This document shows, piece after piece, positions 1 through 13,719 of a stretch of 64,000 nucleotides of DNA (position 1 is the first letter of the stretch; the number at the start of each line of letters is the position of its first letter). A program made the translations under genes and the position numbers. This stretch comes from Camelus ferus (lineage: Eukaryota), in contig NC_045707.1 in the NCBI RefSeq assembly GCF_009834535.1, forward strand, positions 4,216,001 to 4,280,000, written 5' to 3'. A model generated the notes under the pieces. That model did not search any database. It saw only the letters and a list, made by a program, of their open reading frames with translations, and was not told the origin of the DNA.

Positions 1-335
1 CCTGTCATGTCTGAAATTGAACACACAGCCTTTCTCCGAATACCTGATCCTCCTCTTGAGTTCTCACTGCTAAATGGAACATCTATAAACACTGGCTGCT
101 AGATGCTTAGAGCTGCTTTGAATCTGGAACCCGCCCCAGCTCCAGCCTCCTCCTGGCCTGTCCCACTGTGCTCCTGGATTTCAATGAGATTCCATTTTCC
201 TTACAAGCCTCATGTCTATCTTCACAACTGTGCAGAAAATCGTTAACACAGTAGTCTGCTGTTCTTGAAAAGTCCTGATTGCAAGGCTGGCCCTTGACTG
301 GCATCCAGAAATTAGGTTTCAGGAGGGTTCCCACT

Positions 336-748
336 GATAAGAGTGGCTCACTGTGCCTATAACAATGTGGCTTATGCTAAACACCTACTTTCCTTCTGGG
401 AGTCTGGAATTTGGGTATGTATCAGGCAGGGAGTGCCTATGTGATCAGCCCCCAATGAAAACCCTGGCCATGGGTCTCTAACAAGCTTCTCTGCTAGGCA
501 ACATTGACACGTGTTGTCACAACACCTTGCTGGGGGAAGTAAGCAGGGCCTGTGTGACTCCATGGAAGAGGACTCTTCCTGTGCCCAGCTTTCCTGGACT
601 TTGCTCCACGTCTTTTCCCTTTGCAGGTTGTGCTTTGTGTCCTTTCGCTGCAACAGATCACAGCTGTGAGTGTGACTACACACTGAGTCCTGTGCGTGCT
701 CCTAGGGAACCACCAAACCTGACCGTGGCCCTGGGGACAGTTCCCACA
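336..748 (+). mobile_element. LTR remnant, MER21/MER77-like (5' boundary uncertain)
   Basis: The 3' end gagtcctgtg...gaaccaccaaacctg...ggggacagttcccaca resembles MER21/MER77-type LTR ends. It shares AGTGGCTCACTGTGCC and later blocks with the copy at 4661-5063. Family from recall. Confidence 0.6.
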
Positions 749-2248
749 CCCTAGTTTATGTTAGCTCCTAGCCCTAACTGCAGCTTCCTAGCCTTCAGAG
801 AGAGGGTCTTTAGGGGACACCTCACCCAGCCTCCCACCCAACAGGGAACCTTTAGGTAGCACGCTAGCCGCTCTGCCAGGGCCCTCCGGGGACAGGAAGC
901 TCACTGTAGTGGGCAGCCCTGCCTCTTCTGAGGTTCCTCCTTCCTGCTAAGCACCCTTGCTTTCCCTGAGGGCGTTAGACTGAGGGAGGAGAATGGTTTA
1001 ATGGACCAGAGAGGCCGAAGACTGACCAAAGCAGCAGACAGATTAGCCTGTCTGGGCAAAATCCTGTTCCCCAAGCGTGCTGGAAAACCTTGGGCACGTG
1101 AACCTCTCTGCACCTCAATTCTTGCTGTAAGACAGGGATGACAGGATTTCTCATAAGGTTGGAGTGGGGATGAAACAAAGTAACATGAGCTGAACAGTGG
1201 CTGGTACAGCGAACAAGTCAGTGTGCATTAGCATTATTTTTATGGTTAATCGGATTACAGCTTCGGGCTCAGATTCATATTCTTTGACAGTATGAACTGT
1301 TTTCACCATATTTAAGGGAAGAAAAAAGTCTCCTCACTCCTATGCCCCACCTCCAAAGGGCCATAGACGTTGCTAAGGAGTTTGATTAGCTCGATGTTGT
1401 CTGCCCCCTGGCTCCTACTGACCATTAAAGACAAGCTTTGCTGCATCCTTGGGGTGCCCCATAAAAAGAGGCAGATACCCCCCCAGCTGGAGGATACAGA
1501 TTTATTCTAACCCAAGGATGTGTCTCTCTGGCTTCACAGTCCTGAGTTTGAATCCCGGTTTAGCCATGGATTGTCTAGTTACCCATCACAGTCCTCTCTC
1601 TGTTGCCATGAGGAATGTCTCTGTTCTCTTCAGTGCCTCTGGGTCTTCTCACATGCTGTTCCCTCTGCCTGGGACAGCAATTCTTCCTTTCACTGGCCTA
1701 AAGCACACATCCCTCAAATCTCAACTTAAATGCCACTTACTGATGCTCGCAGGCTGGACTGGGTACCCCACCCCCTGCTGCCTCAGCACCCTGTACACCC
1801 TGTCATGGCACCCAAGCCACTGCAGTGTAACTGCGTGACCTGAATTTCCCACCAGACCGCACAGCGGGGGCTGTGCCTGACTCCACTCCGTGTTTCTAGT
1901 GTTCACTGCGCATAGCGCCCGGCACATGGTGCTTTTTCCGTGTCTGTTGAGTGCAGAAAGAAAGTGGGCCCTGGGCAAGTAGCTTCTCTGAACTCTAGTC
2001 TCCTCATCGGTGAAGTGGATCTAGTATGTATTTCAGCCGGCTGCCGTGAGGATTAAATAAAAAGGACACCTGGCACCTGGTACATAGTAGGCACCTAATA
2101 ACCAGCATCCATTGTTTAATATAAAACATCCCAACACTTATGGGGTGCTGACTCTACAGTTCCTAAGCATTAACATTTCAGTCATTTTGGAGGCTAGTTT
2201 AGGGGTACGTGAGAGAGAACCTGGCCTGAGGATTTCAGTACTCAACTA

Positions 2249-2536
<288 letters not shown>

Positions 2537-2631
2537 TTAGCCCCACCCTGCTCTGGTCTTGTAGGCTTGGGTGAGTCACTTTCTCTCTAGGAGACTTTGG
2601 TTTCTTCTTCTGGAAAATGGTTCAGGAAACC

Positions 2632-4645
2632 TGACATGATATTATTATACAGAAAACCCTAAAGATTCCACCAAAAACTGTTAGAACTAATAAATGAATT
2701 CAGTAAACTTTCAGGACACAAAATGAACATACAAAAATCAGTTGTTTTTATATACTAACAATAAATTATCTGAAAAAGAAATAAAACAACCCCATTTACA
2801 ATTAAACTTAGAGCCAAGGAATTAAAAGATCTATATTATNNNNNNNNNNNNNNNNNNNNNNNNNNNNNNNNNNNNNNNNNNNNNNNNNNNNNNNNNNNNN
2901 NNNNNNNNNNNNNNNNNNNNNNNNNNNNNNNNNNNNNNNNNNNNNNNNNNNNNNNNNNNNNNNNNNNNNNNNNNNNNNNNNNNNNNNNNNNNNNNNNNNN
3001 NNNNNNNNNNNNNNNNNNNNNNNNNNNNNNNNNNNNNNNNNNNNNNNNNNNNNNNNAAATAACTAAACCAATCTTGCAAAAGAATAGAGCTGGAGGCACC
3101 ACATGCCCTGTTTTTAAACTATATTACAAAGCTATGGAAATCAAAACAATATGGTACTGGCAGAAAAACAGACACACATATCAATGAAACAGAACTGAGA
3201 GCCCCAGAAATAAACCCATGCATATATGATCAATGAATATTTAACAAAGGAGCCAAGAATACTCAATGGGCAAAAAGTGTAGTCTCTTCAATAAATGGTG
3301 CTGGGAAAACTGGATATTCATATGCAAAAGAATAAAACTGGACCCCTCTTATACCACTTACAAAAGTTAACTCAAAAGAGGTTAAGGACTTAAATGTAAG
3401 ACCTGAACCATAAAACTCCCAGAATAAAACCCAGGGGAAAAGTTCCCTGACATTGGTCTTGGCAGTGATTTTTGGGGGTATAATACCAAAAGAACAAGAA
3501 ACAAAAGCTAAAATAAATAAGAGGGGCTACATCCAACTAAAAAGCACAGCAAAAGAAACAACAAAATGAAAAGGCAACTTACAGAATGGGAGAAAACATT
3601 TGCAAACCATATGAATAATAAGGGGTTAATATTCAAAGTACATAAGAAACTTACAGAACTCAGTAGCANNNNNNNNNNNNNNNNNNNNNNNNNNNNNNNN
3701 NNNNNNNNNNNNNNNNNNNNNNNNNNNNNNNNNNNNNNNNNNNNNNNNNNNNNNNNNNNNNNNNNNNNNNNNNNNNNNNNNNNNNNNNNNNNNNNNNNNN
3801 NNNNNNNNNNNNNNNNNNNNNAAAAGATAAGTGATAACAAATGCTGGCGAGGATGTAAGGAAAAAGGGAACTTTTGTGCACTGCTGACAGGAAATGTAAA
3901 TTGGTACAGCCACTATGGAAAACAGTATGGAAGTTCCGCAAAAAATTAAAAGTAGTAGTACCGTGTGATCCAGGACTCTCACTTACAATATATAGCCAAA
4001 GGAAATGAAATCACAGTCTGAAAGAGATGCCTGCACCCTCATGTTGACTGCAGCATTATTCACTATAGCCAAGACATGGAAACAACGTAAGTGTCCACTG
4101 ACAATGAATGAGTGAAGAAAATGTGACGCATACACACAATAGAATAGTATTCAGCCATAAAAAAGGAAACTTTGCCATTTGCGACAACATGGCCTTGAGA
4201 ACCTTATGCTAAGTGAAATAAGTCAAAGGAAGACAAATACTGTATGATCTCGCTTATGTGTGTAATCTAAAAAAGCCAAACTCACACAAACACAGAGTAG
4301 AACGGTGGTGGCCAGGGCTAGGGGTGGGGGAAATTAGATGTTGGTCAAAGGGTACAAACTTCCAGTTACTGAAGGAACAAGTTCTGGGGATTTAATGTAC
4401 AGCACGGTGACTACAGTTAATAATTCTGTATTGTATACTTGAAAGTTGCTATGAGAGTAAATCTTAAACCATCTCACCATAAAACAACACCAACAAAATG
4501 GGAATTATGTGAGCTGAAGGATGTGTTAACTAACCTGCTTGTGGTAAAAATTTCACAGTATGTACTTGTGCCAAATCATCACATTGTACACCTTAAAGTT
4601 CCACAGTGTCATACGTCAATTACATCCCAACAAAGCTGGGGGAAA
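2632..4645 (+). mobile_element. 5'-truncated LINE-1 (ORF2 3' part plus 3' UTR, L1MA-like), decayed, antisense to FAM227A
   Basis: Recognisable ORF2 remnants (...RQLTEWEKTFANH...; [10 protein letters not shown]) and a 3' end gtcaattacatcccaacaaagctggggg. Frames are broken and two N runs fall inside. Confidence 0.9.
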
Positions 4646-4660
4646 TTTTTTTCTCTAGCT

Positions 4661-5063
4661 GACAAAAGTGGCTCACTGTGCCAAGACTGTTTATAAAACA
4701 ATGTAGTTTATGCTGATCACTCGCTTTCCTGGCATTTTGGAACATGACAGACAGAAAGGTCTACATGACCAGCCCCCAGTAAAAACCTTGGGTGCTGTTT
4801 CTCTAATGGGCTTCTGGGCACAAACGTCACACAATGTTGTTACGTGTTCACCGCAGAGCAGGAGGGGGCTCTGCATAACCCCTCACGGGAGGGAGAGACC
4901 ACAAGGAATCCTCCAAACACTGCCTATCTTTCCCCTTATGTGGTAAAGGCTGTCTCCTTACTACATCACAACAAATCTTGGCCATAAACTCAACTATAAG
5001 CTGAGCCCTGTGAGTTCTACCAAATCCCCTAATGTGGGAGTGATCTTGGAGACCCTCAGCACA
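4661..5063 (+). mobile_element. LTR remnant, MER21/MER77-like
   Basis: Diverged homologue of 336-748 (AGTGGCTCACTGTGCC; gaccagcccccagtaaaaacc); ends ...gagaccctcagcaca. Confidence 0.6.
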
Positions 5064-5351
5064 GTGGGGAATGTGAAAAGTGCTTACTTAGCACAGTACC
5101 TCGTACACAGGTACCTCTCAGTAAATATTGCTTTTAATGACCTTAAAAAATGTTTAGCTCGAGATGGGGAAAGTGGGGAAGGAGACTGAAAAGCAAACAT
5201 CAAACTGGCACTGTGTGTGCTGGAGGGAGAGGGGGACTACAGTTGCGCCACTTGGGGTCGCACCGGGGATGGAAGTGTGGGATTACCTACAGCACTGAAA
5301 CCTGCTCCCTGCAGATGCCGCCGGGCACAAAAGGGGACTAGGGATGGCTCA

Positions 5352-5666
<315 letters not shown>

Positions 5667-7548
5667 CTAGGGGGCAAGCAGAGCTCAGGCAACATTCTGG
5701 ACGTTTCCACACCCAGAACAGAGCCCCTGACTTCAGAAAGTATCTGTGATAAAACTCTACCCGATGCCACGCATCCTTCCTGTTCACAAGGGGAGCAATT
5801 TCCACCTGCAGCTGCCCCACATCTCAGGGGACTCCTTACCCTACCTGGAGACCACTCCTCAAACACTGTGCTATGCTGGCCAGCATCCTCCCCTCCCCCA
5901 GCTCTCTGCATGTAGTCTGTGGCTCAGCCCCTTCTGCAACCTGGCCAAAGAGTAGCTCAGAAGATGATAAGGAACATTTGCCAGACCCATCTTGCTGTCT
6001 CCCAGAGGTAACAGTAAGTCCTACTTACTGTTTTTTTCTCTTCTGTGCACAGGTGGTACTGTTGTTGCTTTTTCACTATGGTTAAGCTCAAATTATACAT
6101 CCATATGTGGCTTTATTCATTTAATATTATAACATAAACACTTTTCCAGGTTACCATAAACTCTCTGGGATTTTTTTTTTCCAATAGTGACCTTCATAAT
6201 CTTGTGCTGAGTGGCCATATCAAAACTTAAACATGTCCCATCGGTGGATTCTGTCTTGTTTCTAAGACTTTGCGTAACAAATTACGCAGAATAATTTTAT
6301 TTATTTTTTAAGCTAGCTCAGTGTCTGGCACATATGAGGCAGTCAAAAATTTGTTGAATGCATGAGCGAAAGCAGCTTTTACTATACATTAGATTTTGAC
6401 TTCTAAGAAGATGAGATAATAATAGTAATTAGAGCAGCTATTATATATTGGGAGCTTATCATGTGCTGGGTCATTTGTCAGATGCCTTACAAATATCATC
6501 TCATTTAATCCTTAGGATAACTCAGTGTGAGAGGTATTATTACCCCCATTTTATAGATGATGAAACGGAGACACAGAAAGCCTAAGTGACTAGTTAAGTA
6601 GACACTTAACTAGTAAAGTGCCTTTCAGCATATCTGCATCAACTCACTTCCCACTCATACTGTCCGAGTGCCATTGCCCTATATCCTTTGCAACCCTGGC
6701 AATTACGCTTCTTTTAATCTATGCAATCTAGCAGGGAAAAAGGGTATCAAATGATTAAGGGTATCAAATGAAAAGGGGTATTAATTGACTTAATTTGTAT
6801 TTTTGACTAGTTAAAGGTGAACTTTTTTTCCCATTTGTATTTCTTACCCGGTAGATTTCTGGTTTATGTACTCTGTCCATTGGTCCATTTTTTCTTACTG
6901 ATTTGTAAGACTTTTTTATGTTGTGTGGTATATACGCTACCAGTATTTTTGCATAGTTTCTCATTTGCCTTGTAACTTTGACTGTAATAATTTAAATAAT
7001 TTATATAGTTAAATCAGTCTTTTCCTTTATGGTTAACTCCTTGGGGTCATATTTAGAAAGTCTTCCTCCACCTCCAAACCATGTATTCACTTATATTTTC
7101 TTCTAGCAATCCTTTTAGTACATATATACATACACACACACTAAAAAGTATATATCCATATTCATATTTTAAATTTTAAAATAATATGCGTATTTAAATA
7201 CTACAGAAATAAATAAAATAGAAAAGGAAGTCTCTTATAACTTCATTCCCTGGAGATAAGCACTGCTACGAGTTTGGTAAATATTTTTCCAGACTTCCTT
7301 TTCTATTCATAGGCACACATACATATACGTATATGTATATATATACAATTTTTCTAACATAGAGTTGTATAAATCGCTTTGTTTTTCACTTAAAATATAT
7401 CATTACATCTTCCCAATCAGACCTACCTTATTTTTGTAACTGCTGCATTACAAGTCAGTGTATGAAGATATTTACTAATTACTAATTACTCCCTTATGGA
7501 AAGAATGTTTAGGGCATTAAACTGGCACTAGAAGTGAATAGCCATCTA

Positions 7549-7689
<141 letters not shown>

Positions 7690-8093
7690 CTACCAGGAAT
7701 AAAAACGGAGAAGGAATTACTAGGGCCCCTTGTTGAAACAGCCAAGGCCTGAGAATCTTAAGTATTTCTCTCATTTTTAGGAATCTTATTCTTAAGGTAT
7801 CTAACCTCATATTATTTATGAAGTAATACACTAATTTGTTTTATAGGATCTATAAAACATGCACAGAGAGGGAGAGTGCTGAGGAAAGCACCCTAACTCT
7901 GAGCCAGGAGGTCCTGACTTTACTCTTGGCCCTGCCCTTGACCAACCACGTGACATGGACCGGTTCCTAAAGCTCAGGGGAGCTGCAGGACATTGTGCAA
8001 TGGATATAGCACAGGAGTATGGACGAGGCCTGGATAGGGATGGGTGCTGCCAGGGTGGTCCCTGGAATTAGAGGGGCTTATAGCCCATGTTCA

Positions 8094-8282
<189 letters not shown>

Positions 8283-10090
8283 TCACATTATTATTGCTAT
8301 TGTTATTGTTTTTTTTTTTTAAATTTACCTGGAGCCACAGCCAGATTCATAATCATCTCCACTCAAAATCTGCCCTTCCTCATGTTCCATGGCTTGTTAT
8401 TGTTACCAATCACACACCCTCCCCACCAGACATCTTAGGTGTCAACATACTTTGGAGTCAACTTAAAGAAAAACACCTAACCTTTTAGTGACTGCTGACT
8501 ATTTACCTTGCCAGGTATTTTTACATATTCTCATTTAACTCCTACAATAATCATGCAAGGTGTATGTTATTATCTCCACTTCACAGATGAGGAAACCGAG
8601 GACTAAACTGCTGAAGTCACTTGCCCAAAATAATAGAGCCAGCAAGTGGCAGAGCCAGGGTCAGAACCCATAGCTCTCGGCAGCTGCTCCAGGCTCTCAC
8701 CTACATTCAACCAATAATAATCAACATCAACAAACAGAGATATTATACAAATGCCAAATCACTGGACCATGAAATTCTGCTGAGTTAGTAGTAAGCATAC
8801 GGAATTCTCAAATTAGAATAGAATTATCAGTGAACTCAGAGAGGCAGAAAACTCAGGCTTCATTGCCCTACACCTGAGTCTTGTACGTTGTCCGAACTCC
8901 AAAGCTACTATGTAATATGTAACATTTGTTGAATGCTTGCCACATATCTGGCACTGGGCTAAGCTGTTCATTCCTTATCTCACTTTATTTTTCACCATCT
9001 ATGTGATAGGTGCTGCAAGATGAAACTCTTATTCCCAGTTTATAAGAGAGGGGAGTGAGGATCGAAAGGTTAGGATTCTTGCCTAAGTTTACACAGCCCG
9101 GGAGGCTCAAAAGCAGGCAGCCTGGCCCCAGAGACACCGCACAGGCTGCCTCTCCTCCCACCACTAGGAAGAGCAGAGACCTCTCTTGCTCTCATCCTAG
9201 ATGCAAAAGGAAAGATTCCTTGGCGCTCCCTTCAAGCCTATAGACACTGAAGGCACGGTGCATCGATAAGCAAGTGACCCTTGTTAACAAGAAGCTCTCT
9301 GAGCCCTGCTCTTGGTTTTGTTTTTTTCACCTTTCCTCATATTTCCTTAGAGAGGCAGTAAGGTCAGGCAGGTGAACAGCAGACTTGTGTTACCACATTG
9401 CCTGGATTCTAATTCAGCTTTCTCATTTATTAGCTGCGTGACCCTGAACAATGTTATTGCACCCGGCTGTGCTCAGTTTCCTCATCTGGGAAATGGAGCT
9501 GATGAGGCACATCCTCCTCTCTCCACACCCCCTCACAAACATCCCCCAGCTTCTGAGTGGCCACCGTTGTCTCACATACGCACAGGTTCTTCTGAGCCTT
9601 AGAATCCACTCTCCCTCCCTCCCTCCCTCTCCCTCACTTCTTTCCTTCCTTTTTCCCTTCCTTGTTTTGGAACCCAGTGTGCGCTACTCTCCAGGTGGAT
9701 AACTCACCCCATGGGGTACCATGGGGCATAGGAAGAAAATATTCTAACTAATGTCTCTTTAAGAAAAAAAAAATTAAATTCACCAATATACAACACAGTG
9801 ACTGACAACAGAACATGTATATCATTTATAAGACACAAGCATCATGAGGGTGTGCACTCCAAATTCTGTGCTAACAGGACACATGATCAGAACAGCCAGG
9901 AGACCAGAGCTCTAAAAGAAAGGGTCTAGGTTTTACAGAGAACATGGGCCTGGGGTCTAAGCTCAGCTCAGTCACTTGCAAACCACGTGGCTCTCAGCAA
10001 CTTAATTGCCCTGACTCTCGGTTTCCTGGGGTGTAAACCTGGGACAGCTGTGCCTGCTGCATGGGTGGTCATGAAGTTGGCTGGACATCA

Positions 10091-10297
<207 letters not shown>

Positions 10298-11696
10298 TCA
10301 TTTGACAGTATAAAACAATAGGATAGCTTCCCATTTTTATCATGAAGATAATACAATATTACAACCTTATAGAACATTGAAAAAAAATGAGGGTACATTC
10401 AGGATCCCAGCACCCCTTACCAAACACCTATTTACATTATTTCTGCTTCCCCTTTCAGGCTTTGAACACATGTATACAAATACGTACTCCAACCATTTTA
10501 TAATATACATATGCATGCACACATTTTTTGTCCTGCTTCATTAACTTAACTTCAGATTTTTCACATTGCTATACTGTCTTCAAATTTATCATTCAAAATA
10601 ATGTATCTTGTTAAGAAGATGTGCTATAATTTAACTACTCATTGATTACTTCCAATCAACATTACCTATTTATAACTTGGAGCATATGGTTCCCTCATTT
10701 AAGGTTATTTATTTAGAATGAATTTCTCAAAATGGCAATATTAGATCAAAGGATAGGATTATCCCTATTGTTCCTAATATAGATCATAAAATGGATTTTT
10801 AGAATAAAAATAAAATGACTATAAAAATGTAAAAATACAGAAAAGTAGAAAAAGGAAACCAATTATCGCCACTCAAAGGCACCTACTGAAACACTCTGAG
10901 GGACCGAGTTACTCTCTAAGTGGGCTACGGCATTGACAATGGAAGAGCTCAGTGAGTAACTGCTTTGACTGTGGATCAGACAACCGGAGATCAGGTGTCA
11001 GCTCAGGACACTTAAATTTTCTCGGCCACCATCACAGGTAGTATGACAATTTCAGGGCAGACCATCAACTATCAGGCTTTATGCTGTGTGGAAATTTCCT
11101 AGGCTAAAAGGTGAAAAACGATGACATATTCTCCTACATTTACAGGGTGAATACACATGACCTGGGTAGTTTAAAGAGCAAGCTTAGGAGAATCTTAACT
11201 GGGGTGGTGGTGAGGCAGGGCCAGACTGCTGCTAGACAGACAGCAGAGAGAGTCTGGCCACAGGTAAGAGAATCTGAGCAGGAAGCAGGGCTCTGCCGCC
11301 AACAGGCTGCGTGATGCTGGACAGGTCCTCTGAGTCAGCTCCCTGAGGGGCCTGTAGTGACCACAGAACTAGCACTGCTGTGGGAGAGGGCCCCTTGGAG
11401 CTGTGCAGCACAGTGGTTCTGTGTGAACTGAATCTGAGCTCACTGTTTCTAAGGGGAGACATCTTCTAAGTTCTGAAAATAAACAGACAAATGACTTCTG
11501 GAACACTCATTCTACCTTTTCCAGGCTGTTATGAGAAATTCTAACAGCAAGATACTTTAAGATTCTTTGAAAAGGGAACTCTGCCATTTTCCTGCATAAT
11601 CACTATCCGCTTGCCAAGTATCCCTCCCTGGGAATAAAATCTATTTCATGCCCAGCAGAAACCGGTGAGAAACAGACTCAGCAATAGATCCCTTAC

Positions 11697-11773
11697 CCTT
11701 TTGATAATGAAAGATTTGACATTCCTGGATTCTGAGCCTTTGCAAATATACTCTGATTTTCTTTGACTCTTTT
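11697..11773 (-). CDS. FAM227A: FAM227A coding exon 4 (EKSQRKSEYICKGSESRNVKSFIIKR)
   Basis: Polypyrimidine tract plus ctatag acceptor, GTAAGG donor, 77 nt, phase 1/0. Similar to human KRQRKSQYSCKGSELR. Confidence 0.85.
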
Positions 11774-12392
11774 CTATAGGAGGAAAGCAGAGAAATAGGA
11801 TGTGAGTAACCACAGGGTCTGTCCACTGCTGTGTGGTAATTATACCTGTGATTTTGCACTCAACCCGAGCAGCCAGATGACACGCACACTATTAGTCTCC
11901 CTAGATTCCACCTGCGTTGCTGACTTTCTACGAATCCCCTCCTTATTCGATTAGACCACTTGAGCCAGAGAAGCGGTCAGGAGGAGTAGACAAAACACGG
12001 ACTTTGAAATCAGGCTGGGGCAAATCCAGGACCTGCCACAGACATGCTGTGTGGCTTTCAGCAAGTTGTCCCCTTACCCTCAAGCCTGTTCTCGCATCTA
12101 TAAAATATATTCAGTGGTACCTGCCTCACAGGTAGGGGGGATACTGAAGCTTTTACAAGGGGATATGTAAGAAAGCACCTGGTGCAAAGTATCCCATAGC
12201 AGGTCGTTTTGAAACGGTATTGTCTCCCCTCCCTTCCTTGCCCAATGCCAAGAGGTCAGATTTAAGGTTCTTTCATAAGAAGACAAAAATATCCTCATCT
12301 GAAACTCCAGATTCCAACTCAATTGTATTTTAGAGACTAAAAAAACCAAACCCCACAAAAACACCATCAAGGTGATGAGAAAGGAGTTTTGC

Positions 12393-12462
12393 CTCTGTCT
12401 CCCGAGCCGCCGTGACTTTTCTCTCTTAAAGCCTTCTTCTCCAACTCAAATTTCTCAATTGC
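12393..12462 (-). CDS. FAM227A: FAM227A coding exon 3 (AIEKFELEKKALREKSHGGSGDR); 3' boundary at a probable GC donor
   Basis: tttttgaag acceptor; matches human AIERFELEKKALREK. The end is set by the phase-1 requirement and recalled orthologue length, giving AG|GCAAAA. Confidence 0.75.
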
Positions 12463-13659
12463 CTTCAAAAACCAAAAAGAAATGGGGGATTAGGGATTAC
12501 AGCAAATCTCAGAGGAAGGCAGGGGTCAGGGATTGGGCCATTTCTCCTGCTGATGTGTAAAATGCCTGGAGCAAAGCTTGCGGCAGTGCCTTGCTGTCTC
12601 CTCACTAGCTGGTAGGGCCTTGGTGGCCATCAGTGTCACTGACCCCATCTCCCTGAGTGTCACCACTAACAGGTCTCCTACCCACCTTCTCCCAGGCTGT
12701 CCCTCCTCCTGTCTACACCTCTGAGGAGGAAAGGATTTGGAATGGGGTTCCAATCATGGCTCCATAGGTTATAAGCTTTTGTTTAATCTCTGTAAAAGGG
12801 GATAATAATACCTACCTTCCAGTGCTCTTATAAGGATCAGATATAAGGAATTTAATGTGACTGTAAACTGATTATACTTCAATATAAACATATATATATA
12901 TATATATATACATACAAAAAAAGAGATAGCTGGTTTCTAGCATTAGTAAAACCATTAATAATCTCCAGACACCTTAGACAAGTCATTTAAAACAGATAAT
13001 AGTGTCTGAACTACCTACCTCAAAAGGTGGCTATGATGTGGATAAAGAGAGCTCAGATACAAAACTGTTCAGAAAATTTTAAGGTGCTACATAAATGTGA
13101 AATGTTTTGTCATGTTATGACTCTCGAGAAAATAAACATAGCTTATAATTGGGAAAAAAGAAAGAATTGAATGTGTTTTAAAACACCAGTAGAGAGTCTA
13201 TCAGATAGGAGCTGCTCAATAAAGGGTAACGGTTATTATTATTAACCATCATACCCTTGACCTCTCAAGAGATTTCTCTTGATCTGATTCCTCCTCCCCC
13301 ACTTCTCCTAAAAAGGAAAGGAAAATGAATGTCAGTGACCCAACAAGTTGCACTGATTATCAACCGTGAGCCCAGCACTGAGCCTGTATTACAAAGTTAA
13401 TGAAGTATGATTCTGTGTCCTCGCCCTCAAGGAATTTACAGTCTATTCGGAGAGCCAAATCAGCGTGCTTCTGATGTATAAATGGCAGACACGCTGTGGC
13501 CAACAGAGGTTGGGTAGGGGAGCCCAGGGATGCTCTGGTGGCAGCAGGCAGTCAGCTTCTGCCAGACCTGACCAGCTGCATGGGCAGGGGAGCAGGAAGG
13601 ACAGGCAAAGGGTCCCTTCCCCCAGGTCACGTGAGCCCCATCCTGACTCTGAATGGATG

Positions 13660-13719
13660 CTGGGTTCAATCCCCAGTACCTCCAATTAAAAAAAAAAAAA
13701 GAAAAGAAAAAAGAAAACA
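13660..13719 (+). mobile_element. 3' fragment of a tRNA-derived (Vic-1-like) SINE with A-rich tail
   Basis: CTGGGTTCAATCCCCAGTACCTCCAATT plus A tail; nearly the same as the 3' end of the copy at 31836-31943. Confidence 0.75.

Noticed and set aside
6740-6771. Repeated AAGGGTATCAAATGA (period 17)
   Set aside because: A local duplication inside decayed AT-rich repeat sequence with no functional context.
13443-13660. Unique GC-balanced stretch ahead of the SINE 3' fragment, considered as a retrocopy or transduction
   Set aside because: No TSD, no recognisable parent gene and no coherent ORF; a BLAST search would be needed to reopen it.
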